A stretch of DNA of 64,000 nucleotides from Lingula anatina (Eukaryota; Animalia; Brachiopoda): NCBI GenBank assembly GCA_051362555.1, contig CM120643.1, forward strand, positions 15,846,644 through 15,910,643. Reading direction: 5' to 3'. Position numbers and translations under genes: made by a program. This document shows, piece after piece, positions 43,106-58,100 of the stretch. Within the stretch, counting starts at the first letter, position 1. Every line of letters starts with the position of its first letter. The notes beneath the pieces were generated by a model. The model was not told the origin of the DNA and searched no databases. It saw only the letters and a program-made list of their open reading frames with translations.

Positions 43106-46100
43106 GTAAGTACTGCCAGGATTCCATAGACTTTGAAAAATAGGCCATCGAACTTATAGCTAATTCACAAAACACACATTTTATCAATCACTCCAACGTC
43201 TTTCCGTGTACCCAACATGACCTTGACCAGCCTTGACCTGTTTTTACTCAAAAGTTTTTTCTGATTGGATAATCCGCTTATTTACATCATGGTGATTTCA
43301 CGTGTGTCGTAACAAAAAGCATTCACTTGTCATGTGGAAGTTTACATGGTACGAGCACTAGCCGAGTTGGTATATTATGCTGTGTATTGCTGCAGTGTGC
43401 TGAGAATTCTTTCTACGCGAGTTGCACAGATTGAAAGGAAATGGTAGCTGAAACTGAACTGCTCGATGCACAGGAACGAATAGGAGACACTTATGAAAGT
43501 GCAAGCAAAGAAAATATTTCTGACAAAGCAAACAATGACTTTTCTGTTCAGTATAGAAATAGAAAGATTGCAAAAGTTGGGGATATAGTTGCACGCAAGG
43601 CGCACGATGCAGGGCACAACGGGGAGATTAAATCTAACGTGCTTCATAGAAAATGTCAGGAACATGACGCTGCTGCCGTGAAGAAAGCGATAATTACAGA
43701 CTATGATAATGAGGTCGAAAGGAAACCGCTGACACCAGGTCTCAAAGAGAAGTTGTTTAGCTGGTGGCATGCACCAGAGTATGTGATGGAACAGGGTGTC
43801 AAACGCAAAGATGTGTAAGCAGTCCACTTTATTATTATTTGCATCAAGAATAGATGAAATGTCTAAAACAGCTGTAAATTTTGCCTTCTGTTTCCTGAAG
43901 GTGCCAACTGCATTATGCATTAATTTTGAAGTATTAGGTACTAAAAAAGTATCCTGGATACCCATGGAAATGCCCCACAGTCATATTTTTATCTTGCAAA
44001 TCTCCTTTCTTTCCCAACTCAAACCTCAAAGTAGGTAGAGCCCCTTTAAAAAGTTTATCATAGGAATACTTTATTATAGTTTCTTCTTGCATGGCCCAAA
44101 CCATAGCCATCCCCCAACCTGAAATGAGAAAAATTGTATGTTACATAATACAGGGCCAAGACATGAAGTTAATTGTTTTGAAACGAGTTTTTTTTTTTTC
44201 TAAACTAATTCTATCTGGTTACTTGACAAGAAAAAGGTGCACAGTAAGTATGACTTTAATAGATGAGGATGTCCAAGGACAGAGCATGGTCAGTAGAGCA
44301 AAAAGTCATACTAGTACTGTCATGCAATTTTTTTCATTTTTAGTGCTTTATTGTGGCAACCAATAATACTACATGATTTTATCACTACCCATGAGATCAA
44401 GTAGCACAACGTAACACTGTTTAGATGAGAGTGCATTGTAGAAGAAAAATTATTTTAAATTCCCGAAGTTACAAAATATTCTAGAGCTATTATTATTGTT
44501 ACAAAAGCATGCTTTGAATCTTTTTTTATGTCTGAAATTATTGCATGGACTGATGCGTCTTTACAGGAGTAACCTTGCATAACACTGACTACATCACCTT
44601 GAACACTACAAATTGTTTGATGTTTACGTGGAGGGATTGAAAGGCTAAATTTATATTAACAAAAATCTGTTAAGAATATTGTCAAAAAGTTAACATTTTG
44701 ATGGAGGCAAGTTGTATATCTATTTTGACACTCATTTGGAACTGACTTGTATAAAAAAAGTTATAATCTTAAAAGACAAAATATTACTGATTTACTAGTA
44801 CTAGTAAATAAGCTAATTTTTTTTTGTCAAAAGCAGTTCCAAAGACTGTTGAACTTCCCAATCATAAAATCCCTGGCTTCATGTCTGGTCCATGAGCCTA
44901 TACCTTGTACTGTACTTCATCTGAATCTTTTAAAGAAGCCAAAAGTGTGACTAGTGAGAAGTGTATTGTGCAGTGATAAGTGAAGTCAGTGTGGGTCTGT
45001 TAGGATACTGAGCGTGAAAGTAGCTAGGTTGGGGCAGGTTTTATTGTAAAACCTGGCTTCTTAGGACCTCCCCCTTTCCCTTCGCTTCCAACAGGTGTGC
45101 CTTTACCATTTTTAGGCTATGTGCTGCAAGTTATTTGAATATGGGAATCTTGTAAACAGCATCTATCAACTAAAAGCTTGTTTGTACAAAGGTTTATTAA
45201 AATCAAGGTAAAATCAAGGGAAAATTACAGACTGCTTTCCGGGAATACATTTTTGAAAATCAGGCAAATCATTTTGCCCCAGTACAGTAAAAAATATAAA
45301 AATAATAGAACTTGGAAGCATAACATTTGCATTTCATTTTGCATTTATTTTGTCATATAAATTTGCTGTGAATCGCCAATTCACGAAAAATTATTCTGTG
45401 ACTTACTTGAAAACTTTTTTTATTTCAGAATACATCATCACACAGACTCCCTATTCAGTACATCTAGTGGGTTTGCCAACTTCAGAGGACTTCTAAATCT
45501 GTGCATAGTTCTGCTGGTATGTACATGTGTGTAAATATGTATTGATATGCATACGTATGAATGCATACAACCCCTTCCAGTCTGTGTTTGTCTGTCCTGC
45601 CCTCCTTCCTTCTATCCTTCCTTTTTCCTGCAATCAGTTTTCTGCTCTTTATCTTTAATTTTTTTCTTGTCCAGCATCATACTTGCAAAAGCACACATGC
45701 ACTTAGAAAAAAAATTATTTGTGTCAAAGTGCTTGTGTACCCTTTGTGCAGTAGAACATGTGAAGCATGAACATTATTTTTTTATGACATAATTGACATG
45801 TTAACTGGTCATCATCTAGTCAAATGATTGTCCAACATCATTGTGTTTGTAGGATACTGTAGATGTTTCTTTTAGTAACTTACATGTTGTAAATGAAGAA
45901 TTATTAATTTTTGTGCTTGTCAACGTACAGAAATTTTGTGACAAATTGAAAAAATAAAATAAAAAAAAAATTCAAAGCACAAAAGCTTGAATCCATGAGC
46001 ATGTGAGTGGGGAACTCCAAAGGACAATGGAGATCAAAATATGATGTAAAAACTTTTTTTTGCTCTTGCAAAAGAAGTGATTACTAGTATTGTTACAGAC

Positions 46101-49100
46101 AATTAAATGTCTTCATGAAAAATAAAATATATATCTGTGAATATTATGGAAATGAAAAGGGATGAGAATTTGATCCCCAGATTAGTTAAGTGAAGGCAAG
46201 GCCATAAAAGATGTCCAGACTGCATTACAGTTTCAAGGTTGTCTGAGTGTTATCAAAACCAGACTGTTTAGTTTTAAGCAACCCCTGCACTTGTGAACAA
46301 AATGTGCACTTACAATCATTGTACGTGATAGTATCCCATGGTCGTCTTGTCTCGTCTTCACTGATAAGAAGAAATGACCTTCTCTCATGTCCTTGTATGC
46401 ACTTTTGTTGAGTAAGTTATCAGTAATGTCTATCATTTGACACTGTATAGCATCATTTGTGCTACATTGTCTGCTGGACATTGTTCCAAGGTTGCAGGAA
46501 TAGAACGATTCATACTTGCTATAATTAGTCAACCTTGCAGCTGTTGCCATTTGAAGTTGATAATTATGAATCAATTATGATGTTGTCAAATTTGAGTTTT
46601 GACAAAGTAGCGAACTTGTATGATTTATTTGCTCAAGGCAACAATAAATTTGCTTTTTGGATTTATTTTGTATTAGCTGTTAAAAAAAATATTGTAAAAA
46701 AAAAAAAAACTGTGTTGCTTTAATGTACCCTCATTCTATGTTAGTACTCAGCCTTAAGTTATTTTATTCTATGTAACCTTGCTGTAACATGTTTTATAAT
46801 TTTCCTCCATATTTACTATGTTTTTAGTGGAAATGCTGTTTCCAATTGTTTGACCTGGGAGATATTCCACAGCTGGCATGTATGGTGCACTGTGCATGAT
46901 CAGTGAATGATTCTGATTGTGGGGCTTTAAAAAACTTTGTTTTCATCAGGTTAAAGTTTTAGTTTTGATGGAAGTTTTGAAAAAAAAAAAGGAGTTTGCA
47001 CTGAAGGCTTATTTAACTTCAGTATCTGCTGTTTGGATAAAAAATCGAAGTAAATTTTCTGGTTCACTTTATTTTGTTCACAAATGAGTGGTTCCTAAAT
47101 TGAAGCAGTGTTATTTGTATACCTCAATGGGTCTATTTGTGAATATTCACATTAACAATAGCACATATAATTAAAATCGGTGGTGATTATGCTGTTAAGC
47201 ATTATGAAATATTGCATTAAATTAACAAAACCTTATTTTGTTCACTGTCATCGTAAGGATTATGGACACAAAATTATATTGCTTACTCACTGTGCTCAAT
47301 CTTACAAGAATGAATCTACGTACTAAAATATGGATTGAGTTGGAATACCAGCCTGATTAGATCTTTCTTGTAAAAATTTTGCATTTTTTTCTTTAATTTT
47401 CTCATGCTGTAGTGGCATTTTTACTGCAGGACTTTGAAGTCACATGTGCCTAAAGTCCTATGCTATTTATTATTTCTCAATGTCCATGCTACCTGTAGCA
47501 CAGAATAAAAAAAAATTGATGATTATGCTGTTACACAATATGTAAAATTGTAGCAAAATTGTACACTGGCATTGTTATTTTTTGTTTTGTGTCTGTACAT
47601 TATCAGCTTTTTTTTCCTTTTTTAAATCACAGGACGTTTTGTTTGGTATAAAAGCAGCTCGCTCAGATGTAATAAAACCCTCTTTAAAATCTGTTTGTAC
47701 ACTACAAATGTCACACCTGCTGCCTTTATTCTATTATGACGTGGAATTGAATAGTTTTACCAGTTGCATATAAGTCAGTGTTGAACAAAAAAGAAAATGT
47801 GCATGCCATATTTTCACCTGCAGGTAACTGTTGCTGATTTTTTAGACAAAACTTTCAGAAAACAAAGCAGTTACTTGAAGTGAAATGGTCAAACTTCCAC
47901 AACTGGACTGTTCACCTATTTAAATCACCCCCATCCCCTTCTCTTGTACACATAGCATGCACAGAAATAAGTGTACCTTGTTAGTGCATACAAAACATTA
48001 AAAAAGATTAAGGAAGTGCCCATCGTTTCAAAATGAGAAAGCATTTGTCTTTATCATTTCAGCTTGTTGCAGTGTTAGTATGATAAAATTAACTGTGAAA
48101 AGTGGGCTTTTATGAAACAGTGAACATTTAGCCTTGGAATTTGCATTTATCTTGGCCTTGGTTGATTTTGTATCTGTTTATTTTCCATCACTGACCACTT
48201 GCTGACCTTGGTTGATACAAAATGACTAGGTAATGTAATACATGGATAACTTGTGAAAGACTTTGAGATTATCAACTTTAGATTCCTGTTTGTGAAAGGG
48301 TTTTCTTTTTTGTAGTGATGCTGGAGGGAGAGATTGGGGGGGGGGGGATGTATTAATTGTAAAAAATGATAAAAATGCATGAGGGAAGTTGTTTAATTTG
48401 ATTTGAAATTACATATAATCATTTTCCTGGGTGACACCAGCTTGGATGTTGTTCTGATTAGTGCATTGAGTTAATTCAACAGCACATGCCACATGGTTGA
48501 TATCAGAGATAAAACCAAGTATCGGAATTCGATTTTCCTAGTGATGAAAAATGTTGCCAACTCACCTGAATAATACCAAATTATAGTGATTTTAGCATAA
48601 TTTAAGGTAACAGTTTTTCAGAGCAGCCAGTATGTGTTGCTTATATTATGATCAAAGGCAGTGAGGAAAAAAGCTTAGGATATAATGCAAGTCACAGAGC
48701 AGCATCTTAGGCCAGCGGTTTATAAATTTACAAAGTTTAAATAAGGGTCATTCCCCAAAAAGTGAGTATTTTAGTCAAATCGATGACACGTGTAGTATTT
48801 GCATAATCTTCACTTGCTCCTTTACTTTAGCTGTTTTATACTAAGGTACTCTCCAATATGAAAATAAATTCATTTTTTTTAATGAGCTCTTACTAGATAA
48901 AACAGTGATACAAAAATTACCCCAAATGTGTGCATCACTGATGGAAGGCAATAGCATTTTGAGTACTGTTAAATGTTGGCAACTCTACCATGTACAAATA
49001 AAAAGGTTCTGCTGGCCAGCAACATTTTTCAGTGCAATGCAATTACTGAGCAGTGGTTTCATAACCAGATATTACCCATTGATAACATACATATATATTG

Positions 49101-52100
49101 ATAACATACATAATGATGTCTACAGCAGGGCAGGCACTTATAGTATGCATAAATTTATCAGATTGAACTCCTGAACAGCAGAGGAAATGACCATTGTAAT
49201 AAACTGATAAAAAGTTGGGAATGAAGACGGTACATGTGCACTTACAATTTGCACCACTGACCATTTGTGTCCATAGTGGCCAATTAATAATGGCCTGTCC
49301 CTCCCATGAAACATTTACTTTTGTGCAAGCATGAATATTTCAAGGATTTTCCTCTTTTGTGCATGTTTAAAGTAATATTTTTGGCTGGGGAGGGTTAGCC
49401 CCTTAAAAAGTTATATAAAAAACCTTTGGAATAGCCTTAAAGATGCCCAGTGCAGGATTTCCATGTGAAAAAACTTGTATGTATATCAAAGTTCCATAAG
49501 TTGAACAGTATTTTTTCGACTAACCAACATACAAAAAACAAAAAACACAATCATCAGCATGTAGGTTGATGCCAGCTTCATCATTGAGGTCTGCTGACAG
49601 CACCTCTGACCCTGGTTGACCCGTGTGACCACCTAGTGTCCACCTAGTGTCCACCCTCCAATTTGCATCATTATCAGCATCAGAGGACTGTATATCATAC
49701 AATGGTGGTAATTAAGGCTTTCAGGGTTGTCTGTGGCATGTATGATAGATCTCCTGTGTCATGTACGGAGAGTTATAATGTTTGCTGAAAGGCAATGCAT
49801 GAATGATCACTTTGTTTGACTGTTTATTGTTATTGAATAAGTAGTGGAGTGGCAAAAAATAAATTGTAAATATTGTTTGAAGTTTTTTTGAGTTTGGTAG
49901 CTAAGATGTGTGAATAAATGGAGAGATGAATGGAACAAAATTTAATCAATAAATAGTAGACAAATGTAAAATACACAAATTGACATTAGATTAAAATTAA
50001 GACAGTTGGTGTTAGCTCATTCATGATTATTTTTATGTAACGTCAAACTTTTATATCTTTACAGGTTTTATCCAATGCAAGAGTTGCCCTTGAAAATATA
50101 ATCAAGTAAGTGGGTTTCATTTTGTGAAAGCAGAAAATTTCAAAGTATTAGGTGTAATGGTGTGCAGCTGTGATCGATGCTCTGCCTCTTCAGCTGGTAT
50201 CATTAAATTTTTCTGACACTTTCTTCTGAAGGATAAAAATCAATAGGTCATTTAAGAAGTTAATTGTATAGATATAAAATGTCACACATTTCTCAAAAGT
50301 TGCATAATTAATTTATAGACTATTTGTTCTAAGACTTTTGCCTTAAAATCAGATGGTTGAGATAGGCAGGGAATGCATCCCCCGTCCCCAAAACAAGCAC
50401 ACGTAGAAGATAAATAAATAAAAATTGAAACTATTGAGCAATTCAGAGAATTTCTTTACTATTAAGCACTGGTTATTGTCCAACCTAAATATATTTTAAA
50501 ATGCAATAGTTATCTAAGTTTTTTACTATAGTATGAAGGGCATAGGCAAAGCCAGTGAATGTTGTCTTTTTGTGGTCTAAGTCCTGTCATTTGCCATTAC
50601 AGATATGGTATATTGGTGGACCCACTGCAAGTGATAGCTCTCTTTCTGAGGGAACCATATAGCTGGCCATGTGTTTTATTGGTTTTATGTAAGTATTCTC
50701 TATACACTATCTGTTCACTAAATTACTGGCCAGGGGTATTAATTTGCTTTGTAAAGTTTAAACCAAGTTTGAATTTATTAAAAAAAAAATAATTGCCAGA
50801 TATGTGGAATTTCAATTTTATCTTAGGTTTTTGCTTAATTTGATATATTTTTTGCAGACACTATAATTTGATATATTTTTTGCAGACACTAATGAACTAT
50901 GATACATCTTTTACAATAAAATTTGGTATTGCCATTTTGATATTTCTGTTCTTCAGTGGTGAATGTATTCATACAGGTTGCTTTTGCATTGGAAGTGGCT
51001 CTCTCAAAGGTAGGTTAGGTATGGGCTTAATCTTCACAAGCCAAGATTAATAGAACTTTACAACATCGCTGAACCTTTAAATTACTCAATGCATGCTGGA
51101 GCAACCCAGCCTCTTTCCATTACTGCCAGCAAATCTTATGGCATTTAGACAAATATTTTGGCCAGGTTTTGGAACAATCACCTTGTGAGTGGAGGTAGAT
51201 GGTTTGCCCTCAGTGCAGCCTATAGCTGGCTCTGACTGTTTGAGTTGTATAACCTCACCATAGAGAAAAATGAAGTATTAAGAGCTTTTTACACTTTTAT
51301 TTCCTCATTTAGAGATGCTAGAGTTGTCAGTTATCTATGTAGAAAACTAAGGTACTTGTTTTATACTAACACTACCAATAGTAAGTATATTCTCTAAAAT
51401 ATTTGTCATCAGTATGTTAATGGACTTGTTTGTTGTCTCTCTCTTTGCAGAATCTGATACTTGGTATTGTCTTCATGTGGAATTTTTTTCTTTTAATTTC
51501 AATAGGAACCAAGTTGAATTTGATTGTTTCTTGCTGAACAATTATATAATGTATGACAACTTTATTTTCAGGGTATAATTTCAGAGAGGCTTGGGGCTAT
51601 TGTTCATGGCATTAACTTGTTTATTTGCCTTACCTTCCCTGCAGCAGTGATCATCTACTTGCACCCCGTGCCATGTGAGTTAGGAAAGTTTTAAAGATAT
51701 TTTATTACTTAGGCACCATTACCTAGCCAATTAATTGATGAAAAGAAAAAAGTTATGAATGAGACAAAATTAAAGTTTTCTTATGAAAGTAACTGGGAAT
51801 TGTTACAACATTGAAGGAAATTTTGGCATTTCTCATTATGGAAATAGAGAGTGGATGTTGAAGAAAATCATATTTCTCACTGTGAAAATAGAAAAAAATT
51901 GGCTTCAGCAATATACCTGTTGTTACAGTATTGAAAATTTTCTAATTGTTACACTTTCTAGGTAATGGTGACAAAAAACTAAAGTTTAAATGACAGAAAC
52001 AAATTCATTATTGTCAGTAAAAAGAGTTTGCATTAAATGATGAGTGTTCAACTATTCGATATTATATTCTTTTATGTATTTTGACCTTTTATATCCAAAA

Positions 52101-55100
52101 AAATTGATGTAACCATTTTTCATTAACGCGTCTCTTTAATTGCTTTGGTACCAATTACTGACAGTCAATTAGTGACATGTATCTAACTGGAGTTAGTTTG
52201 CTTTTCACTTAGTTTATTAGTGTAGCAATGATAACATCATGTATTGATAGATTACACTACTAATATATCAGTGATATGTTTTTCATTATTATCATTATCA
52301 TTGTCAAGTTTTTATGTGTTCTTTGGTATGGTTTTTTATTTGGATAATAATGTAGATATTTCTTTTCTTTTTTTTTTTTTGTAATTTTTTGTTATGTAAA
52401 TTGAAAAGTATTCATGAAGATTAGATCGCTACTTTTTAGAGGGTTGTTGATTTCGTCCAGGCTTGGTCTACTGCAGTCACTATATATTCTCTCTATGGTG
52501 TTTATTGAGTAATAATCGATTTAAAAATCACCATCAGCATAGAGTGAGTTGAGAGTGCTGACAGCTTCAGGTGTGAACACCTAAAGATAAAATCTAGTTC
52601 AAATGATCAAAAGTATTTGAATAGATTTAATATCTAATCTTCATGAATATTTTTGTAGAACTGCTTGCAGATCCAGTTAAATTGATTTATTTTCTCATTT
52701 ATGTTATGTGTTGTAGTTTTCTCAGCAAACACTCTGGCCGCCTATACCTTGGTCTTTCTCAAGCTTATATCATACTGTCTAACAAACAAGTGGTGTCGAA
52801 AAGACAGAGAAGTACGAGCACAATCTAGATACCGTCTCCAGCGAGGGCGATCTGTCTCTTATCATGCTGCAGGTATTACTCGTGGTTAGAAGCTGATGTG
52901 CATACTTATAAGCATGCGCTAATAATCTCTTCCCTAATCATCAGTAGATAACCTATGCAACACATCGGTGTAAGCCTTTTAACCTAGCTTTCCAGCAATG
53001 GTTTTTGCTTTTTTTACTGCCCCTAGAATTTGCTTCCTTACTTCTAAGGTTGGTATCGCTGTCAAACTTTGGAAATCATCACCTGATTGTATCCTTACTT
53101 GCTTTCTAGGTTGCATTTTGCTTGATAGCTTTTTTTTCCATGGAGCTAAGAACTGATGATGTTATTGCTAGACTTGGGTACTGCTTTCTGCCATTTTTAA
53201 ATTTCAGCCAAATGCTAGCTCACAGATCCCTTATGATGGTGATTACAGTCATTCATGAAAACCAATCATTAACAGACCTCTTATTTGTGATTTAGTTTTC
53301 AGTGCAAATACACTGGCCATATACACTGTAGTGTTTCTAAAGCTGATCTCATATTCAAATACAAATAAATGGTGTAGAGAGTCTGAAACAAACAACTCTA
53401 TTCAGCCACGAACAAGATCACTTTCCCATTCAGATGAACAGTTGGGTAGGTATGAAGATTTATAAGATGGTTCTTGCAAGGAAATGCCTTTTTTCCCCTC
53501 TGTATTTCATACTTTTTATATTGTCTTTGCTTTACCATTGCTATTTGATTTTTCCAGTGATAAAACACATCCACAAAATTTTTTTAAATGCTCTTTTATC
53601 ATAAACTTACATGACAAAAATAGCTATAATTAGATTGTTAATGGTTCCTTGAATTTTATATTACAGTTGGAGATAACCTTCTCCCATTCAATTACATTAT
53701 TAAATAACTTGTTAGATATACATTTAGAATAATTATTCTTAAAAGAAGTAAGCACTTACAGTGTCAGATATTTGATAAATTAGAAGTCACATTTGGACCT
53801 GTCATGTTTTAAATTTTTGAATCAGGATCTTAAATTTATCTCATTCTCTACTTGCTGTAGTAAGGATGAAAATGTGAATGTATATTACCTTTTTTGTAGT
53901 GAGTTGAAACTTTAGTAAATGAAACATAATTCAATTTTTTTTCGTTTTCCCAGAACAAGTGGCCAATGGAAAACCAGAGACCACATTTGTGGTATATCCA
54001 AACAATTTGAATCAAGCAGGTAATTGGCAAAGAAATATTTGACTACATTATGACTCTTGTTTTAGTTCTTAAACAAACTTTTATTTTTAACTGATTTAGA
54101 AGTCTGTAGTATTAGACTATATGCGTTTCCCTTGAAAAGAAGAAAATGTTGAAATACAATATATTTATAGCAAGTAAGTGTTAAACAGGTGATGACTCTG
54201 AATGTGTCACATCTTTAAATTCTGCACTTTGTGATATCACTTTTGTTTTATTGTAAATTTATCCTTGTCTACCCATTTAAAGGCATATGTTTTTTCAATG
54301 TCAAGACATAGGCCACATTCAGAACAGTGGACTTAACAGTCTGAGGGTCAAATATGGCAGACCCACTTGAATACTTCCTGACGGGGAATCCATTCAGTGT
54401 CTTTTAGCAGATAAGATGGCAAGCTTTTTAGTGGGTCACCATATTTGACCTGCAGACTAGTTAGTCCACTGTTCGGAATGCAGCCATTCTTCAAAGATTT
54501 ATTTGTTATAAATCTGTTTCAGATATATACTACTTCATGTTCGCACCAACTTTGTGTTATGAGCTCAACTTTCCCAGGTCAGCCAGGATTAGGAAAAGGT
54601 TTCTGCTTAAGAGAGGTTTGGAGATGGTACGCTATTTAATTATTTTGTTCATTAAATTGGCAATATATATCCTGGTGTGTCATGAGCTAGCAGTTGCATT
54701 ATGAACCCCATTGGGCAGATAGCAATTGCCTGTCTGTAGTCACCATAGGTGTCTCCATTGTCAAACTTACAGGAATGATGCATAAGACTAAGACCCCATT
54801 CCCAGAGATTAGATCGATCCAAACTAGATCAACCTAACTATCTGGGGGTTCACGCTAAATAGCTGTCAGCCGAGTGGGCACGAAAGTTAATTACCCCCTT
54901 ACAGCTTGTAGTAGGCGGGACGGACATTTAAGCCGGATTATCTGACAGTAATCTAGTGAGACTCCCCACGGGGATATATCGATCTAAATGTCTGGGAATA
55001 CGCCCTAAAATACTGCTCATTATTATGTTCTAAGACCATTCTAGTTGGACTATTTAAATTTCGTTTTTTTCTCAATAACTGGCATTTTTCAATTGTAATT

Positions 55101-58100
55101 TTAAATTCTCATGGGTTGAAGCCCTGTGCCAGATGGATTTTTGTATGTCCACAGTAATTGAAAAACAGTATAAATGGTAGTGATCATATGCTACTAAGCA
55201 TATTGCGTAAAACTGAGAAAAACATTTTTTTGCGCTTTCATTATTAACTGGTTAACGTTCATCACTTAAAGACAGTTTTAAATTAATTGGTTCTATCTGT
55301 TTTGTTAGTTATGCATCTATACCTTTGTCAGCTTTGTTGTATTGTTATCTTATGTCTTCAGTTTTATTATTTATTATTCTTGATAAATTACATGTTGAAG
55401 TGGTAGAAATGGAAGTGAACAGATTTTTAACTTAAATCATTACAAATTGTGCTAGCACATGTTTAGGGTGTACCCTGTAATGATGATACTTCATAACAGT
55501 TTTCATTTTAAGGATAAATATGCCCTTTGAGATTTTAGGCAGCAAATCAGGTGCTTTTTTTTTTAATTTAAAATTGCACCTGTTAGTCTTTCTCATGACA
55601 TGTAAAATTTGCTCTTCAAAGTAGCTGTCTGACTTAAACATAATATTTGCAGGAAGTTACTCGCTGCTTTACTTTTACTTTTCAGTTATTCTTAGTCCAG
55701 ATTATGGGAGGGCTGGTACAGCAGGTAATTTCTTTATGAAAGTTTATTATCAACATTTGATGTTGTCTAAGTTTATTGTGACAGGATTGTGAAATATAAG
55801 ATGAAAAATTATAATATATTTTTATTTATATTAATTTATTGTTATTGTACCACCAGCGTTAGCGCTGGCGGTACACATGGTTTTAGTCCCGTCCGGTCCG
55901 TTCCGCCGGCTCCTGCGGCTCCGCCGGCTCCGTGGCCATGTTACCGTTACCGCTTCTCCTCCTAGACGGTAAGGGCCCCCATACCCATCTCTTGGATTTA
56001 GGTCACCTATAATCTCAACTCGTTCCACGTAAAATTTGGGCTTTGTCGGTATTGGGGTCTAGGTGTGGCACTCATTGCAATGCACCCTTGTCCAAAAATG
56101 GCAAAATTAAATGCTAATTATCTACCCTACATAAGGAATTATGGGAAAAATTTCTACAGACGGCTTTCCAAAAGTCATATGTGTAGATTTCAAATATGCC
56201 CTTGGATTTGACCTTTGACCTTTATTTCAAGGTCAAACGGGCAAAAATTTTCAAAAAAATGAATTTTTTTTACGAAAATAAATTTATTTGCGCTGTTATT
56301 CAGACACCACACAGACTTAACCAATAATATTATTGGAAAATGTTACCCTTCAGGTCATCTTTCATCTGTGTGAATTTGGGGTCAATCGGTGCATTTTCAC
56401 GGGTGTAGCGGCCATAAGATACCGAAACTGAAAACTGTCTCTAATTCGGGAACCGTTAATGCTAGAGACCCATTCTTTTTTGCATTTTGTAGAGCATGTA
56501 AAGCCCAACACTGGAAGTGGTCTCCTTTTTTTGTATTCCATACGGTTTTCGAGTTACGCTGTATCAAAAAGTACATATTGGTGGTGAAAGCAAAATGTGC
56601 AGTACGGTAATGGATAATAAATTTTGAACTCTGGAAAAATAAAACATAAGGCTTGGCAAAGCAGACAACTTGTGGTCAAAAATGACATTATTTCATCAAA
56701 TTTGAACTTCTGGAACTTCAGAGCACCTCCCATTTCAAGAATTTTGACCAAAATGACCTTTTTTTTATTTTAATTAATTTTTTCTGTAGGAAATTTATGG
56801 CACATTAAAGTAACTCTGAAATTATAACATTTAGTCCCTTATATCTCCAAAACTGGCAGAGATAGGTCCATAGTTACTATTGAAGTTGAATAGGAAGTCA
56901 TATACTGGCAATCTTACTGTGACCTTGAAATTGACCTTTGACCTACTTTTCACCATAAATTGAACTTTGCAAATTTTGCTTCCCTTTTATCTCCAAAACT
57001 GGCAGAGATAGGTCCATAGTTACTATTGAAGATGAATATGAAGTCATATACTGGCAATCTAAATGTGACCTTGAAATTGACCTTTGACCTACTTTTCACC
57101 ATGAACTGAACTTTGGAAAGTTTGCTTCCCTTTTATCTCCAAAACTAGCAGAGATAGGTCCATAGTTACTATTGAAGTTGAATAGGAAGTCATATACTGG
57201 CAATCTAAATGTGACCTTAAAATTGACCTTTGACCTACTTTTCACCATGAACTGAACTCTGCTAATTTCTTTCTCTTTTAACTCCAAACCTGGCAGAGAT
57301 AGGTCCATAGTTACTATTGAAGTTGAATAGGAAGTCATATATTGGCAATCTAAATGTGACCTTGAAATTGACCTTTGACCTACTTTTTATCATGAATTGA
57401 ACTTTGCAAATTTTGGTTCCCTTTTATCTCCAAAACTGGCAGAGATAGGTCCATAGTTACTATTGAACTTGAATAGGAAGTCATATAATGGCAATCTTAA
57501 TGTGACCTTGAAATTGACCTTTGACCTACTTTTCATCATGAGCTGAACTTTGCAAATTTTGCTTCTCTTTTATCTCCAAAGTTACGCTGTATCAAAAAGT
57601 ACATTTTGGTGGTTAAAGCAAAATGTGCAGTACGGTAATGGATAATAAATTTTGAACTCCGGAAAAATAAAACATAAGGCTTGGCAAAGCAGGCAACTTG
57701 TGGTCGAAAATGACATTATTTCATCAAATTTGAACATCTGGAACTTCAGAGCACCTCCCATTTCAAGAATTTTGACCAAAATGACCTTTTTTTTTATTTT
57801 AATTAATTTTTTCCGTAGGAAATTTATGGCACATTATGGTAACTCCAAAATTATAACATTTAGTCCCTTATATCTCCAAAACTGGCAGAGATAAGTCCAT
57901 AGTTACTATTGAAGTTGAATAGGAAGTCATGTACTGGCAATCTTACTGTGACCTTGAAATTGACCTTTGACCTACTTTTCACCATGAACTGAACTTTGCA
58001 AATTTTGCCTCCCTTTTATCTCCAAAACTGGCAGAGATAGGTCCATAGTTTCTATTGAACTTGAATATGAAGTCATATACTGGCAATTTAAATGTGACCT

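Noticed and set aside
43375-43965. 196-aa minus-strand ORF
   Set aside because: It lies antisense to DGAT1 exon 1b, has no recognisable motif and is probably a shadow ORF.
51425-51470. Strong acceptor (ctctttgcag) in DGAT1 intron 5 as a cassette exon
   Set aside because: The nearest donor gives a 13-nt frameshifting exon with no homology support.
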